64,000 nucleotides of DNA from Eledone cirrhosa (GCA_964016885.1 CAXHJY010000601.1:28183-92182), one strand, 5' to 3'. Shown: positions 17,100-30,881, counted from the first letter of the stretch. The notes: generated by a model not told the origin, from the letters alone. Program-made: numbers and translations.

Positions 17100-17475
17100 G
17101 CATTGACTTGGCAAAACTGTTTGAGCCTCTGACAATTGCTTTACAGTATTTGTTTCAGCTCAATGAGTTCTGAGTTCAAATCACACTGAGGCTAACTTTT
17201 CCTTTCATCCTTTTGGGGTTGATGATATAGCATACTATAAAAAATCCCGGCATTGTAACTAAATTGGAAATCATCATTACTATTATTATTTCAGTATTGG
17301 TAGAGGGTCGGACACCATGCTTTGCAGCATAAAGTTACGGCCCTTGCCATTCTGAGTTCAAATCCCGCCGAGGTTAACTTTGCTTTCATCCTTACGGGGT
17401 CGATAAAATGAAGTACCAGTAATGCACTGGGGTAATTGCTGGCCTTGTGCCAAAAGTAGAAACAATTATTATTAT
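17100..17475 (+). mobile_element. Two SINE-1 copies (about 17100-17240 degenerate; 17292-17475)
   Basis: B-boxes near 17172 and 17354. Confidence 0.8.
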
Positions 17476-17607
17476 TTGATTTTGCTTTCTTTTCATATGA
17501 GTTATCACCAAGTCACAACCATGGACCTCAAGAGACAACAACTTCCACTATCTTCTAAAATGGAGAAAATATATACACCCATATATATATATATATATAT
17601 ATATATT

Positions 17608-17755
17608 AATTATTTATTAAAATAACAGATTAAAGTTTAAGCAAAGAATCGCTGCTTTCACCCTTAACAGGATTTTCTAAAACTATATTTGATATATATT
17701 TATCCTTATCAAGCCCTCTTTAGATTTTAGTCTTCAAATTTATTATTATTACCAT
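17608..17755. mobile_element. Collapsed family F palindrome
   Basis: Arm (-) fused to tail (+). Confidence 0.75.
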
Positions 17756-17774
17756 ATATATATATATATTTAGA

Positions 17775-18160
17775 TGTTTAAATAGTGAGATCAACAGAAT
17801 TTTCCTGAGTATATGAGCAGTTCCCATAAGTAATATCTTTTGTATTTATTCTATCTGGAATTTGGGATAAGTAATCATTAGATTCCTTAGGTAATATTCT
17901 TAGAGTGCCCAAAAACACTGATACTCTTTTAGTTCTCAACATCCACATTTTTCCAACCTTTTTCCTGGTTTTTATATTTGTGCAATTTTTCAAATGTTTT
18001 AACAGATACATTCTTGTCTAAAGGAACAGTCATATCAATTGACATGCATATATTCTGTTGGAAATCCTTCAATATTATATCAGGGCTATTTGCATCTATT
18101 TTCTAGTCTGTTTCAATGATAAAGTTCCACAAAATTGAAATGTGTCCTTTTTCATTTATT
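17775..18160 (-). mobile_element. Degenerate R4/Dong-type LINE RLE fragment
   Basis: ILWNFIIETD*KIDANSPDIILKD...CMSIDMTVPLDKNVSVKTFEKLHKYK, frameshifting to KMWMLRTKRVSVFLGTL. Confidence 0.75.
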
Positions 18161-18782
18161 ATTTTGAGTATAGTGGATTGGCAGAATAGTTAGAGCATTG
18201 AACAAAATGCTGAGTGCCTCATTTAGAAACCTATAACATTGTTGTTTTTGTTATCCTCAACATCAATGATATAATAAATAATAATAATGTGGATGATAAT
18301 AATAATAATAAATAATAACAATAATAATGTCTTTTTAGCCACAACACAAGGAGAACAAGCAACACAAAATAAGAGAAGAAAAATCAACAAAATTTGAATA
18401 GTAGATATAATAGGGCATATAATAATAACAATTATTATAATAAATAGTTATAATAAGAATACAACATTATAATAAACGTCAACTAGGAAACGATTTCTGG
18501 TAGAAGGGAAGAACTTTTCAGAGAAATTCCAGGAAAACACCCAACTAAAATCAACTGGGATACTCTATCATATAAGGACATTGAAAGTATCCCCTCCAAG
18601 TATCTTTCCTCCAGCTTAGAAAAACATAGTCAGAGTAAGCACATTCATTTTTATTTCCCCCATCTTCCATAAAACACACTAGATGGCGACACCACTTCTT
18701 TATCTCACCTTAATGATAGTAACAACAAAAACACCAGCAACAGTGACAACAACAACAAAAATACATCAACATTTAGACAAAG

Positions 18783-18990
18783 CAAATCCAAAAGACAATA
18801 ATATATCTGTGAAAGAATTGGAGAAAATATTCAAATATAAATTCATAGAAATAGAGATATCCAGAAATGTGGAGAGATTAAACACAGAGACCATCCCAAC
18901 TAATAATAGACTGTATTTGACATAAGGAAGGATGCAAATAAATACATATAAAAAACCCTCAAGGACATGAAGGAAATAGCACTTCAAGGC
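18783..18990 (+). mobile_element. Degenerate R4/Dong-type RLE fragment
   Basis: PKDNNISVKELEKIFKYKFIEIEISR...TETIP. Confidence 0.65.
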
Positions 18991-19269
18991 ATGTACATAC
19001 ATATACATACACACACATGCACACGCACACACTGGCACACATGGGCACACACACACACACACACATATATATACACAAACACACAAATATACACACACAC
19101 ATATATATGCATATATATATATATATAGATATATATGTGCAGGCAACTAATAAATATGTATATTTATTGAAGTTCATTGTCAATAGAGCAAACATTACAC
19201 ATACCCACTAGGCAGATTGCAGCACTTTATTATGCAGCAAAAGCATGCAATGACAATAAAACTAACTAC

Positions 19270-19304
<35 letters not shown>

Positions 19305-19520
19305 CAACATCAACAACAAGAATCATATTTTTTATTGGCCTCGAATGTTCATGACGTTGGGAACCATACAAGAACAAAAATCAACATAAGAAGAGAAGGA
19401 AGAATGACAGTAATAATAATAATGAGGATGGTGATGATGTTGACGATAATGATGATAATAACATCAACATCAACATCGACAACAACAAGAATAACAACAG
19501 TAACGATAATGACTAGGATA

Positions 19521-19742
19521 ATAAGCATTTCTGATCTAGGCACCAGGCCAGCAATTCTGGGAGAGGAGCAAGTCGATTAAATCGACCCCAGTCCGTGACT
19601 GGTACTTTATTTTATCGATCCCGTAAAGATGAAAGGCAAAGCTAATCTTGGTGGGATTTGAACACAGAACGTAAAGGACCGTAACTCTGTGCCGCAAAGC
19701 ATGCTATCCGACGTTCTACCGATTCTGCCAATCCACCGTCCT
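19521..19742 (-). mobile_element. SINE-1
   Basis: Full head, body and tail. Confidence 0.8.
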
Positions 19743-20671
19743 AATGACTAGGATAATAATAAAATGATGATGACATAGATAATAGTGATAAAGGTGATGC
19801 TGAACAGGATGAGTAAGAGGAATAGGGTGAATATAATTGAAGGATATAAGTTAGAAGGATAGATTTTCTTAATAAAATATTTTACTTTAATGCTGAAGAA
19901 AAATATATTTATCATATTTTCTTTTTATTCCCAGTCAACTCTTCTACATAAGATAATATTATTTGATCATACTTTGTACCTGCCTTCACATGCCTCTTTT
20001 TTATTCTCATCTAAATATCTAAATATCTACACACACACATGCATTCAAATTAACTCATAAACATCTTAACTCTCATATATATATATGTATGTGTATATAT
20101 ATATATATAGTCCCACCCTTGCAAGCAGGGAAAAGCGGACGTAAAATGATGATGATGATGATGATATACACATATTTATACACACACACACACACACACA
20201 TACACACACACACACACACACACATACACACACACACACACACATACACATATATATATTTTTAATTTTATTTAACTTTAAGCAGCTGCTGCTGGTTTTG
20301 TTTTTGTTCTGTCTTATTTCAGACTATTTGTAGGTTTGTTTAGTGGCAAAGTCTTAAAAATTGTGCTTAGTCACTTGAGGTCACTAATTGACCCTGCTAT
20401 TCCTGTGAGATATTTTTTGCAACTACTTCCTAAATCCAAAGAATTTTACTATCTATAACAACACGAGTCACATAGTGCCAAGTTATTTCAGTGTTGATCA
20501 ATTGGCTAAATGTTTATGCATTTGTTTTCTATAAGTATAATGATTCAAGTACATTTTCAAGATATGGTGATAGACAGGGTTATCAGATATCAGTTAGGGT
20601 TACTTATAGCTGATCATTTTTATTCCAGCAACTACATGCTAATTCTTTTTAATAGTGCTACTTGCTATTTT

Positions 20672-21010
20672 GAAGGCACATGACTTAGTGGTTAGAGCAT
20701 TGGGCTTGCAATTGGAAGGTTGCAAGTTCAATTCTTGGACTGGGTGATGCTTTGTGTCCTTGAGCAAGTTACTTTATTTCATGTTGCTCCAGTTTACTCA
20801 ACTGTAGAAATGAGTTGTGATGTCACTGGTGCCAAGTTGTATCGGCTATTACCTTTCCCTTGGACAACATTGGTGGCATAAAGAGGGGAGGCTGGTATGT
20901 ATGGGCGACTGCTGGTCTTACACAAACAACCATGCCCAGACTTGTGCCTCGGAGGGAAACTTTCTAGGTGCAAATCCCATGGTCATTCATCACCGAAGGG
21001 GGGTCTTTAT
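20672..21010 (+). mobile_element. tRNA-derived SINE-2
   Basis: TGACTTAGTGG, GTTCAATTC, CCTTGAGCAAG...TTGCTCCAGTTTACTCA. Confidence 0.8.
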
Positions 21011-21030
21011 GCTTTTTTTCGCTTGCTATT

Positions 21031-21268
21031 TTAACACTTTTAGCATCCCAATTTCTATGATACAAAACTGTTTATTTTAAAGTGTTTACATTTATCTAAA
21101 ACCATTCAATCATAATTTTATGTAAGAACTTTTATTATTTGATATGCCATTTTAATTAATTTGAAAGTTAATTATATTACTAAGTTAACTAAACTCATGT
21201 TTATTTTCAAACTTTTTTGAAAATCATAAGCAGTGTATTATTAGAAATATAATAAATGAAAAGGTTAA
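21031..21268. mobile_element. Possible decayed piggyBac-type MITE
   Basis: Ends TTAA-CACTTTT and GAAAAGG-TTAA; the TIR is short and imperfect. Confidence 0.3.
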
Positions 21269-23120
21269 AATTTTAATTTCTAAAGGTAAGAATTATATAA
21301 AATATATTAAATTATCAACTAAATAAAGGCTATCTTTGTGTATATACAGTTTTAATTTACTAGCATCATTTTCATTTTAGCTGCTTTCAAATCCATTTTG
21401 AAGAGGTGAGTTATGTGAGTGTTCATGTTACTATATATAGATTTAGTAAATATGGCACTTGGACATATTAACACTCTAAGTTTCCCATAGGCTTTCAAGT
21501 TACATAACTCTGGACAATACTTTATTTTTAAGTATAATTCAAATACTTTAACACACACACTTATAGTGGTTTCTATTATTCAATAACAAGATCTTTCAAT
21601 ATTGAGTCATTTTTCAGTCAATTTAGAATGTTTTGAACATTATGTCATATTATCAACAAAACAAAATCAACAACAATAACAAAAGAAATATATATTATGG
21701 AAGACATCTTCTTCAATGAACTCAATGACTTAGTGAGCTTTGCATGGACATTTCTGCATGCTCAGTGTTCACCACTACCACTACCACTACCTCAAAGTAC
21801 AATAGTAGGAAGCTTAGGAAGGGAAAGAGTGTACAGGCTCTGTGCCTACATTACCTCACCCTATAGTTGAAGGAGGTGTGTGGAAAAGTAATATTTCTCA
21901 GACTTCAGAATAATGGACAACATAGATAAGAGAATAAAAAATTGAGACAGGACAATGAGCTGGAAAAATTGAGGTTAAATTGCCAATGCTGGTAAAATGA
22001 AGAAGAAGAAGAAGAAGAAGAAGAAGAAGAAGAAGAAGAAGAAGAAGAAGAAGAAGAAGAAGAAGAAGAAGAAGAAGAAGAAGATGATGATGATGATGAT
22101 GATGATGAAGAAGAGGAGCAGGAGGAGGAGGTGGAGGAAGTCAGCTGAAAAATGATGAGAAGGAGTAATAAGAGGTGACAAATATTATATAAATGACGAA
22201 GGTACTGAAGCCTTCCATTGGCTCAATATACTTAGTCACAAACAAGCAGGAAGCTGGTTCATTATACTTCTTTTTATAAGAAATGAGAAATCTGTAAATT
22301 GTGATGGCTTTTAAATTGACCAGTGGTGGAGCTGTGCATCTCCAAATTCCACCCTGCGAATAACTAGTGAAAGCATTCCCTTGAATGGAGAGAGTCATCA
22401 TGGATGGCTTGATTTCATCAGGTTTGGCAGAATGCAAAAAATTGATTGCTTTTATTAAATTTCCGTGAAATCAATAAATATTTAATGGACTGTAGAAGAA
22501 ATGTCATTTGAACTGAAAACTTCATTGCTTCACTATATTTCTTTACTTCAAAACGAAGAATTTCTTTATTCTTTTATTGATTGATTCCTATAGGTTGCAT
22601 GTGGGCCTAACTGTTACTATCAATGCTAGAATTTTGGTAGATGTTCTCTCACGTTTCTTTTAAATATCTACTCTACTTGGAGCTCTGATACTCCAAAGTT
22701 AACACATTATTTTTTAAAATGCCATAATGAAAAATAAAATAAAAATAAGAAAATGAATTATAATAAATATAAAAAGAAAAAAATTAATTAAATTATAAAA
22801 AAAAACATTCAAATGAAAATATAAATTAAATTTAAAAAAAGTATTTAAAATAAAATATAATTTTTAAAAATGTTTGAAAAATAATTTTTTTTTTAAATCT
22901 GAAAATAAAAATATTTTCAGTGGTGGATGGCGGTGCCGCGGTGTGGTGATGTTAATTTCAAATTTGTGATCATCCGGATTCAGTTCCTAGATAGGACTGT
23001 TTCATTTTTATTACACACTAAATATCAATGGGCAAGGCATGAGAACCACAATATCTCATATTTATATTTTTTTCTACACATATATATGCATGTGTGCATA
23101 CACACAAAGGTATATATATT

Positions 23121-23155
<35 letters not shown>

Positions 23156-23158
<3 letters not shown>

Positions 23159-23422
23159 GAAGAAGTCAGTAAGTAATAATCCACCTCATTTATTAATTAC
23201 ATAATCACTATTATACGTATTTCCATGGTAACTCTTACATAAATTACCATCGAAACACGTATAACACCGATTGAGTAATTAATAAATGACGTAAATTCTA
23301 ACCTATTGACTTCTAACTCATTACTATACCTATACTCCAGAGTACACAAACCTACATGTATACGATGTCGAGTGCTCTAGTACACTAGTGTCGGTTGATT
23401 AACTAACTCAAAATATGCCGAG

Positions 23423-23423
<1 letters not shown>
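23156..23423. mobile_element. Family H older fold-back element (3' half of a hammerhead)
   Basis: Imperfect arms about 23156-23231 and 23244-23332, GAAACACGTA at 23252. Tail shares GTCGAGTGCTC...GTGTCGGT...ACTCAAAAT with family E. Confidence 0.6.
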
Positions 23424-23504
<81 letters not shown>

Positions 23505-23506
23505 TG

Positions 23507-23537
<31 letters not shown>

Positions 23538-23638
23538 AAATATATATATACATATACATATATATATAATTATATAATTATGTATATAGGTAAATGTATA
23601 TATATATAGAGAGAGAGAGAGAGATATAAATGTATATT

Positions 23639-23754
<116 letters not shown>

Positions 23755-23792
23755 CATTTATGTATATATATATATATATACATAAATGTATG

Positions 23793-23851
<59 letters not shown>

Positions 23852-24276
23852 TTATATCTCTCTCTCTATATATATATATACATTTACCTATATACATAAT
23901 TATATATATATATATATACACACACACTGAAAGTTCATGCCAAATTAATAGTTTGCTATAAATTCCACTTTGGTAAATTCGTTTGTTTCTTTTTTTTCAT
24001 CAACAATGCGGAAGTTGCATTGATATTTGTTATTGCTGTTGTTTTTGTTTTCCCCAAAATTATAGCGCCTGTACCATGCATCTACATATAACACATACAT
24101 ATTTTAAATCACATATACACTATATATACACATACACATACACACACTCTCTCTCTCACACACACTCACATATATATATATATATGTATGTATATATTAT
24201 ATATATATGCATATATATATATATGTATATATATAATGATATCTACATATATATGCATATATATATATATACATAC

Positions 24277-24318
<42 letters not shown>

Positions 24319-24856
24319 ACACAGAGAGACGCTCACACACATATATTTAAACAATCTTACATAGAAATGTATGTACGTACGTACATACATACATACACTC
24401 ATACATACATACATACATAAACCCATACATACATACACTCATACATACACCCATACATACATACACTCATACATACATACATACATACATACATACATAC
24501 ATACATACATACATACATACATACACACGTACCTTCTATCCTCAATTTGTTGCCTGGTATCACTCTGAAATCAAGAGATGTTGCTCGAAATAAAGGACAT
24601 TTGCTTCTATTCTTCTTCGTGTTGGTTTTTATATATTTATCTATATCTATTTCATATTTCTATATACTTTCTTTAATGTTGCTAAGCAACTAATGTTGTA
24701 TTTTCATGGGTTTTCCTTAATTTTTGTTTGTTGATTTTTTCCGTTTTACATTTACTTATTTCTAGTATTCGAGGATTTATGTAGGGTGTTGTGTTTCTTA
24801 GGAGAAAAGAGATTTTCTTATACGCACACACACATATCTATCTATCCATCTATCCA

Positions 24857-24908
<52 letters not shown>

Positions 24909-24910
<2 letters not shown>

Positions 24911-25115
24911 GGAACGAGTAAGACCCCGACGGCTGAGCTCAAGCCGTTTCGACGGCTAATTCTGGACTAAAAATTTTTAGTCCAGAATTAGCCGTCGAAA
25001 CGGCTTGAGCTCAGCCGTCGGGGTCTTACTCGTTCCTATTACCCACTCGACTACCCTAAGTATTGAGTACTTTGGTTCGTTATGGTCCACCTTGTTCCTT
25101 ACCACATTTCCTTCG

Positions 25116-25117
<2 letters not shown>
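24909..25117. mobile_element. Family C perfect 130-bp palindrome plus tail (3' half of a hammerhead)
   Basis: 24909-24973 is the exact reverse complement of 24974-25038. Contains GAAAC-GGCT-TGAGCTC-AGCC-GTC but no CTGANGA. (TA)n on both sides. Confidence 0.85.
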
Positions 25118-25145
<28 letters not shown>

Positions 25146-25149
<4 letters not shown>

Positions 25150-25290
25150 CAAGGAGACAACAAACAAAGGTACACAACGTCTTATTAGTTTCACGCTTTA
25201 TATGGATAAGGGGAAAGAAAGTTTGATGTGTCAGGCTTTAGCCCTTCTTCAGGAATACAACATTAGAGTCAGGATCACTAAAGAGAAACA
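25146..25290 (-). mobile_element. Decayed J-like hammerhead terminus
   Basis: Reverse complement CTGAAGA-aGGGCtaaaGCCT-GACACATC. Downstream TAAAGCGTGAAACTAATA resembles 42263-42281. Confidence 0.4.
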
Positions 25291-25320
25291 GAAATAAAGG
25301 AGTCCAAGTAATATATATAT

Positions 25321-25347
<27 letters not shown>

Positions 25348-25351
<4 letters not shown>

Positions 25352-26068
25352 ATAGAAATGGCTCAGTAGTTGCTATTTAAGGTATCTTAAAATGGAGTGG
25401 GAATACGAAGAAAGCAAGAACGGGGTGGGGGAAGTTTTCCTTATCAGTTGTCTACTGGGGGGTCTCGGATATGTCTACGCTTTAAAAACAATATAACTCG
25501 CCCCAGGGCGTCAATAACTGGACAAGTTATTGGGAAAACGGAAGAAGGAGGGAAGGAAAGCAAAAAGGAAGAAAAGAGAAAACAGTAACAAAACAGCGAA
25601 AAACAACAACTAACCGAGCCATGTGCGAGCAACTATAGGTAGGAAATCCAAGACTACTCGATAAGAGAACTTAAATTCAAGACTGAGTGGTCGAGAGGAA
25701 AGGGACATACGTCCAATCGCCGCAGTTGTAAGTGAGAAGAGAACAGCTAAAGGGTCAGGTGAAGGGGTGAAAGTGAGGAGGGGGAGAAAGGGAGAGGAAG
25801 AAAGTGGGGTAAGAGTAGATAGGGAGAAAGGGAGGGGAAGAAAGAGGGGTGAGAATAGAAAGTAGCGAAATAGGTAGGTAGAAGGGGAGAGAAGAATGGT
25901 CACAGCGAAAAACATGATGAAATATATGGAGAATAGAAATGGCTGCGTAGTTGCTATTTAAGGTAACTTAAAATGCAGTAGGAATACGAAGAAAGCAAGA
26001 ACAAGGGGAGGGGGGTTCCTCATCAGGTGTCTACAGGCGGTCTATGATATTTCTACGCTTTAAAGACA
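25348..26068. repeat. About 140-bp diverged direct repeats (25348-25490, 25929-26068)
   Basis: Both begin GAGAATAGAAATGGCT...GTAGTTGCTATTTAAGGTA and end TCTACGCTTTAAARACA. Confidence 0.8.
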
Positions 26069-26083
26069 TATATATATTGCAAA

Positions 26084-26319
26084 GAGCTCAGCCGTCGGGG
26101 TCCGACTCTTTATTATATAACCAAACTGTACTACCCCCAAGTATCGAGTTCTCTGGGGAATAATGGTCTAACCAGTTTGTAACTGAATCAATCCTGATTT
26201 ATATATATATATATATATATATAACGAAGGAATTGTGGTAAGGAACCAGATGGACCATAACGCACCAAAGTACTCAATACTTAGAGTAGTAGAGTGGGTA
26301 ATTGGAACAAGTATGACCC
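26084..26319. mobile_element. Family C sister tail (+, 26084-26200) and family C tail (-, 26222-26319), tail to tail across (TA)n
   Basis: Similarity to 25007-25117. Confidence 0.7.
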
Positions 26320-26934
26320 ACATATGTGTGTGTGTGTATGTGTGTGTGTATTAACACTCAAAATTTAATATAAACAAGCACCCACACACAACCCAAACAC
26401 AACATTTTCACTGAGAAAACATTTCACTTAACATAAACAAAAGCACACCATATTTTACGGGAATACCCACACAACATTATGCACATGTTAGTCCACAGAG
26501 GATGTCATCCCATTACTTTTGACAGCTATAAATAGATCACCGCATGCCTGTAACAACAAAAGCACAAAGCTTCAAACGAATTTCTTATTACAATCTTATG
26601 ATGAAGGTATATTAGCGGCGAAATATTAGCATAGATAAATGACAGGTGACACACTAACATCTCCGTTGCCTTTTTTCCAAAATATACCGTCCATTTTGAA
26701 TTGGTATAAAATACTACTTTATATATCACCAACATCATCGACGTCGTAGTCGTTTTTATGTCAACCTTTCCATCGTGACATGGGATGGATATGCCCTTCT
26801 TCACAATAAATATTTTAATCGCATCGTACGACACGCAGGGATGCAGTATGTGTGTGTGGGGGGGGGGAGGTATGTGTGTGTGTGTGCGTGTGTGTGTGCT
26901 TATATATATAAGAATCATTAAGTTAATAAAATAA

Positions 26935-27275
26935 AACCACACTTTTTCACGGTCCCATAACTTCTGAGGGAATCGTAGGGGTGTCATATTGACATACGAC
27001 GTTTCTAGGGCCCTTTTAAAACCTGTCGGACCCCATCTCTCCGTGTCTGAGTACAGCAGATTCCTTCCAGAGAATGATAGAGAGTGAGAGAAAGGAAGTG
27101 AGAAAGAGATATACAGGAAAATTAACCCCAGTACTTGACTGGTACTATTTTTATCCACCTCGAACGGATGAAAGGCAACGTTGACCTCAGCGGGATTTGA
27201 ACGGAGAGCAGAGAGACGGAACGAATACCGCAAAGCATTCTATCCAACGTTCGAATAAATCTGCCAATTCGCCAA
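26935..27275 (-). mobile_element. SINE-1 head with alternative tail of about 180 bp
   Basis: Tail shared with 29530-29705 and 32870-33025. Confidence 0.75.
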
Positions 27276-27822
27276 CTTTATGTAAATATTATGTGTCTTA
27301 AATTGTGGTTTTATGTTTCAAACGGGAATATTAAAATATATAGCATAGTCCTGGATGCAGTTACATGTAAAGGTGGTAATAGGACCAGCTCATATGTCAA
27401 ATGTAAGTCTCGTTTCAAACTAATCATTAAGCATCTCAGTAATCAGTGCTCAAGACAAAAGTTTTTAAATAAACATACAGTATTTTATCAAATATACTAT
27501 ACGTACATTCATATATACATCGCTATTTTAGTGAACCTATACTAATTTCTAATTTTTGCTGGGCCGGTACCGGCTCTGTATGTTAATGAGTTTAAACAGC
27601 TCATAAACATAATTGGAATTCTATAAGAATCCAGCTTCTATAACTCTCGGCAGAAGCGAAGGGGTATGAAGTCTTGGCAACCACAAATGAGAAACAGTAC
27701 TACCGTCGATTACTCCACTTTGCTTTTGCCGAGACTAAGTATGTAACGTAGTCACTACTTCAAAATTCATAGCGAAAGGTTTTCAAAATGTTTTAAAATA
27801 AACATACAGTATATTATTAAAC

Positions 27823-28011
27823 AGGGCGGTGGATTGGCAGTATCGGTAGAGGGTCGGACGCCATTCTTTGCAGCAAAGAGTTACGGTCCTTTATGGTCTG
27901 AGTTCAAATCCAGCCGAGGTTAACTTTGCCTTTCATCCTTACGGGGTCAATAAAATAACGTACCAGTAATACACTGGGATAATTGCTGGCCTTGTGCCAA
28001 AAGTAGAAACA
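27823..28011 (+). mobile_element. SINE-1 with TSD ATTATTAAA
   Basis: TSD at 27813-27821 and 28012-28020. Confidence 0.88.
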
Positions 28012-29037
28012 ATTATTAAATATACTATACGTACATTCATATTTCAGAGGATCAATACTAATTTCTAATTTTTTTTAGATTTTTACTGCCTATAAACATG
28101 CATTGTTTTACAAAAATATCTTCCAGAAACGCAGCATACATCTTATAAACACAAGTTTAGGGTTTGGGTCACAGGCAAGTAATGGTTCACGTGTCGCATT
28201 ACTTACCTGTGTCTCAGCTGGTCATATACATACATGCCAGTTTCCCCTCTGCACACCAACACATCACCCTTGTTGTCCAAAGTAAAGGCTAAGGCCGACC
28301 TCCATTTGGCACCAGTGATGTCACAACTCATTATTTTGCAGTTATGTGGATTGGAGCAACGATAATTTAATATGTTGAACACTCGAACTAGTGACTTTAC
28401 GATCGTGAGCCCAACATTAAGTCATGCCCTTTCACTTAAGTTATGGTTGATGAGGAGTGCGTTAGTGCACACAGTTGCAACATTTTAAATTGCGGATGAA
28501 AATCCCACTATCGTCTTGTCTACCTTTTGATAAAAACGAGGGCGAAGGAAGCGAGAAAGGGAAAGTTCTTAAGAGAAAGAGATCACTGGTTTGAGATATA
28601 CAAGAGCAGACATAGATGCTATTTTGGTGTCTATTGTGTCTTCAGAGTAGAATTATAAACGTGTCCACAAGCGCTGAACTTATGTCGGTTCCGAAAACGA
28701 CGAGTGCACTAGTTGTTTTACCAATAGAAAAGTTTGCTTGCGAAACTAATAGTAAATCGCCTAAGCATTCCACAGACACGTTCACCATTAATCTACTTCT
28801 CAGGGAGATTCAGCTGGATATAGTGTGTGACAAGGCTGACCCATTCAAATGCAGGTAGAACTCAGTTAAGTCAGCTAAATGAACTGGAACCACGGGAAAT
28901 AAAATGTCTTCCTCAAGGACACAACTCGCCACTGGGAATCGAACTCACAACCTTACGATCGTAAGCCGAACACCATAACCACTAAGCTACGGGATTTCAC
29001 AGAAACGTAAGCAAAGCAAGAACCAATGTAGCTTTCA

Positions 29038-29390
29038 TTTTTTTTTCGTCTAGATTTAAATGTCTTTATTTACAATAGTTTATAACTTTGCCTATTAAAC
29101 CATATGGTGAGCAAATGGGGTCCTACGTGCTGGCCTCCCCACAGCCCCGGCGGACAGAATGGAGAAGGCGTTTCCCCGGAGGATGGTAAGGGAGATGCCT
29201 TGGAAGAGCCAATCTAACTCGCGAGGCTCACACCTGCATCTAGCCAGCTCAGCGCCTATGGAGGTGAATAAGGAGGTAGCCCTAGGGCCAAGGACACCAG
29301 AAGTCTCCACTGCCAAGGGCACGACCGCGAACCTGTCGGAGAGCGACCGGTACTTGGAGAGTTTGGCCTCCTCAGCCCGACGTGCAGCGA
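29038..29390 (-). mobile_element. CRE-like non-LTR retrotransposon 3' fragment
   Basis: AEEAKLSKYRSL...PLAVETSGVLG...EPRELDWLFQGISLTILRGNAFSI; GC-rich; AATAAA and a short A-tail. Confidence 0.7.
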
Positions 29391-29705
29391 CGAATTGGCA
29401 GTGTCGCTAGAACGTCGGACAGGATGCTTTGCAATATTTGCTTTGGCTCTCTTCTCTTTGAGATCAAATCCCGCTGAGGCCAACTTTGTCTTTCATCCAT
29501 TCAAGATCGATGAAAAAAGTACCAGTTTCGTACTAGGATCGACTTTTCCTCTATATCCCTGTCTCACTCTCTATCCTTCTCTGGAAGAAATCTGCTATAT
29601 TCAGACCTGCGAAGAGATGGGCTCCGCCAGATTTTTAAAGTGCCTGAGAAACACCGTATGCAACACGGCGCCCAATGACTCCCTCAGAAGTCACGGGATC
29701 AAAAT
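29386..29705 (+). mobile_element. SINE-1 head with alternative tail
   Basis: See 26935-27275; a truncated copy lies at 32858-33025. Confidence 0.75.
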
Positions 29706-30088
29706 CAAAACAAAGGAATTCTTACATAACAACCTCAGTTGAGAAGCAGTAGCTATGAGCAAGGATTGCGTGGAGTCGGAGGAGGGCCCATGAATATTTC
29801 ACACACTGCTTAATAAAACCCATTTGATTTTGAAATGAACTCGCATCCCACATTATGTTATAATGCTGTGGCTACATAAAGCACCAAGATGTATCTTAAA
29901 TCTGAAAACTATTCATTCCACTGACGTCACTCCCAACTATAATTTAACACACTATATATTTTTCCACTCTTTGTATTACAATAATCTACACTCTAGTTCC
30001 ATCAAAACGAACAGACATTCACACATGTACATGTGTGTGTGCGTGTGTGTAAATATTTGGTTTCTACATTGCGTGTGTACATATATAT

Positions 30089-30881
30089 AAACGGAAAAAA
30101 TGAAACGAAATTTCATTTCCCACTCTTAGTACGGCTGTTACATAAATATAAGTATGTATACGTACATACATATATGTATACAGCGTACAGTAGTATGTAT
30201 ATATATATACATACATGCACACATATATATATGTACGTATGGATTCACCGAACATTTATTATAATGCTCGGTGTGTTTGTAAACAAACATCCCGTATTAA
30301 GCCATAGTGTCTAGCAACCATCGTTGCTCGTTTGTTCAACACTGACAAAGGAACGCTGTACTAGTTTCAAGCTTATTAGCTATTGTCAGCAACGTTTACC
30401 TTCCTGCCGGATGATTGAACGTCTGAAAGTATATACTTTCCTTATGGATATTAACGGCTGAGTAGCCCAATTTGCATATCGAGTGGATTAATCAGCCGCG
30501 TGCACCGAAAACGATAAACGGTGCACCCCGCCGATTAACCCACTCGATATGCAAATTGGGCTACTCAGCCGTTAATATCCACAAGGAAAGTATATACTTT
30601 CAGACGTTCAATCATCCGGCAGGAAGGTAAACGTTGCTGACGATAGCTAATAAGCTTGAAACTAGTACAGCGTTCCTTTGTCAGTGTTGAACAAATGAGC
30701 AACGATGCTTGCTAGACACTACGGCTTAATACGGGATGTTTGTTTACAAATACACAGAGCATTATAATAAATGTTCGGTGAATCCATACGTACATTTATA
30801 TATGTGTGCATGTATGTATATATATATACATACTACTGTACGTCTGTATACATATATGTATGTACGTATACATACTTGTAT
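30089..30881. mobile_element. Family D long fold-back element (about 360-bp arms)
   Basis: Arms about 30147-30507 and 30519-30881, 11-nt loop, unique tail about 30089-30146. Confidence 0.85.
30630..30674 (+). ncRNA. Minimal type I hammerhead ribozyme, family D
   Basis: AACGTTG-CTGACGA-tAGCTaataAGCTt-GAAAC-TA-GTA-CAGCGTT. Palindromic stem III (ACTAGT) as in dimeric PLE HHRs. The mirror copy at 30352-30396 has CTGACAA. Confidence 0.85.

Noticed and set aside
22141-22740. Complex unique sequence with a 98-aa ORF and a possible splice acceptor near 22594
   Set aside because: No recognisable domain and no convincing donor or frame; cannot be called an exon without transcripts.
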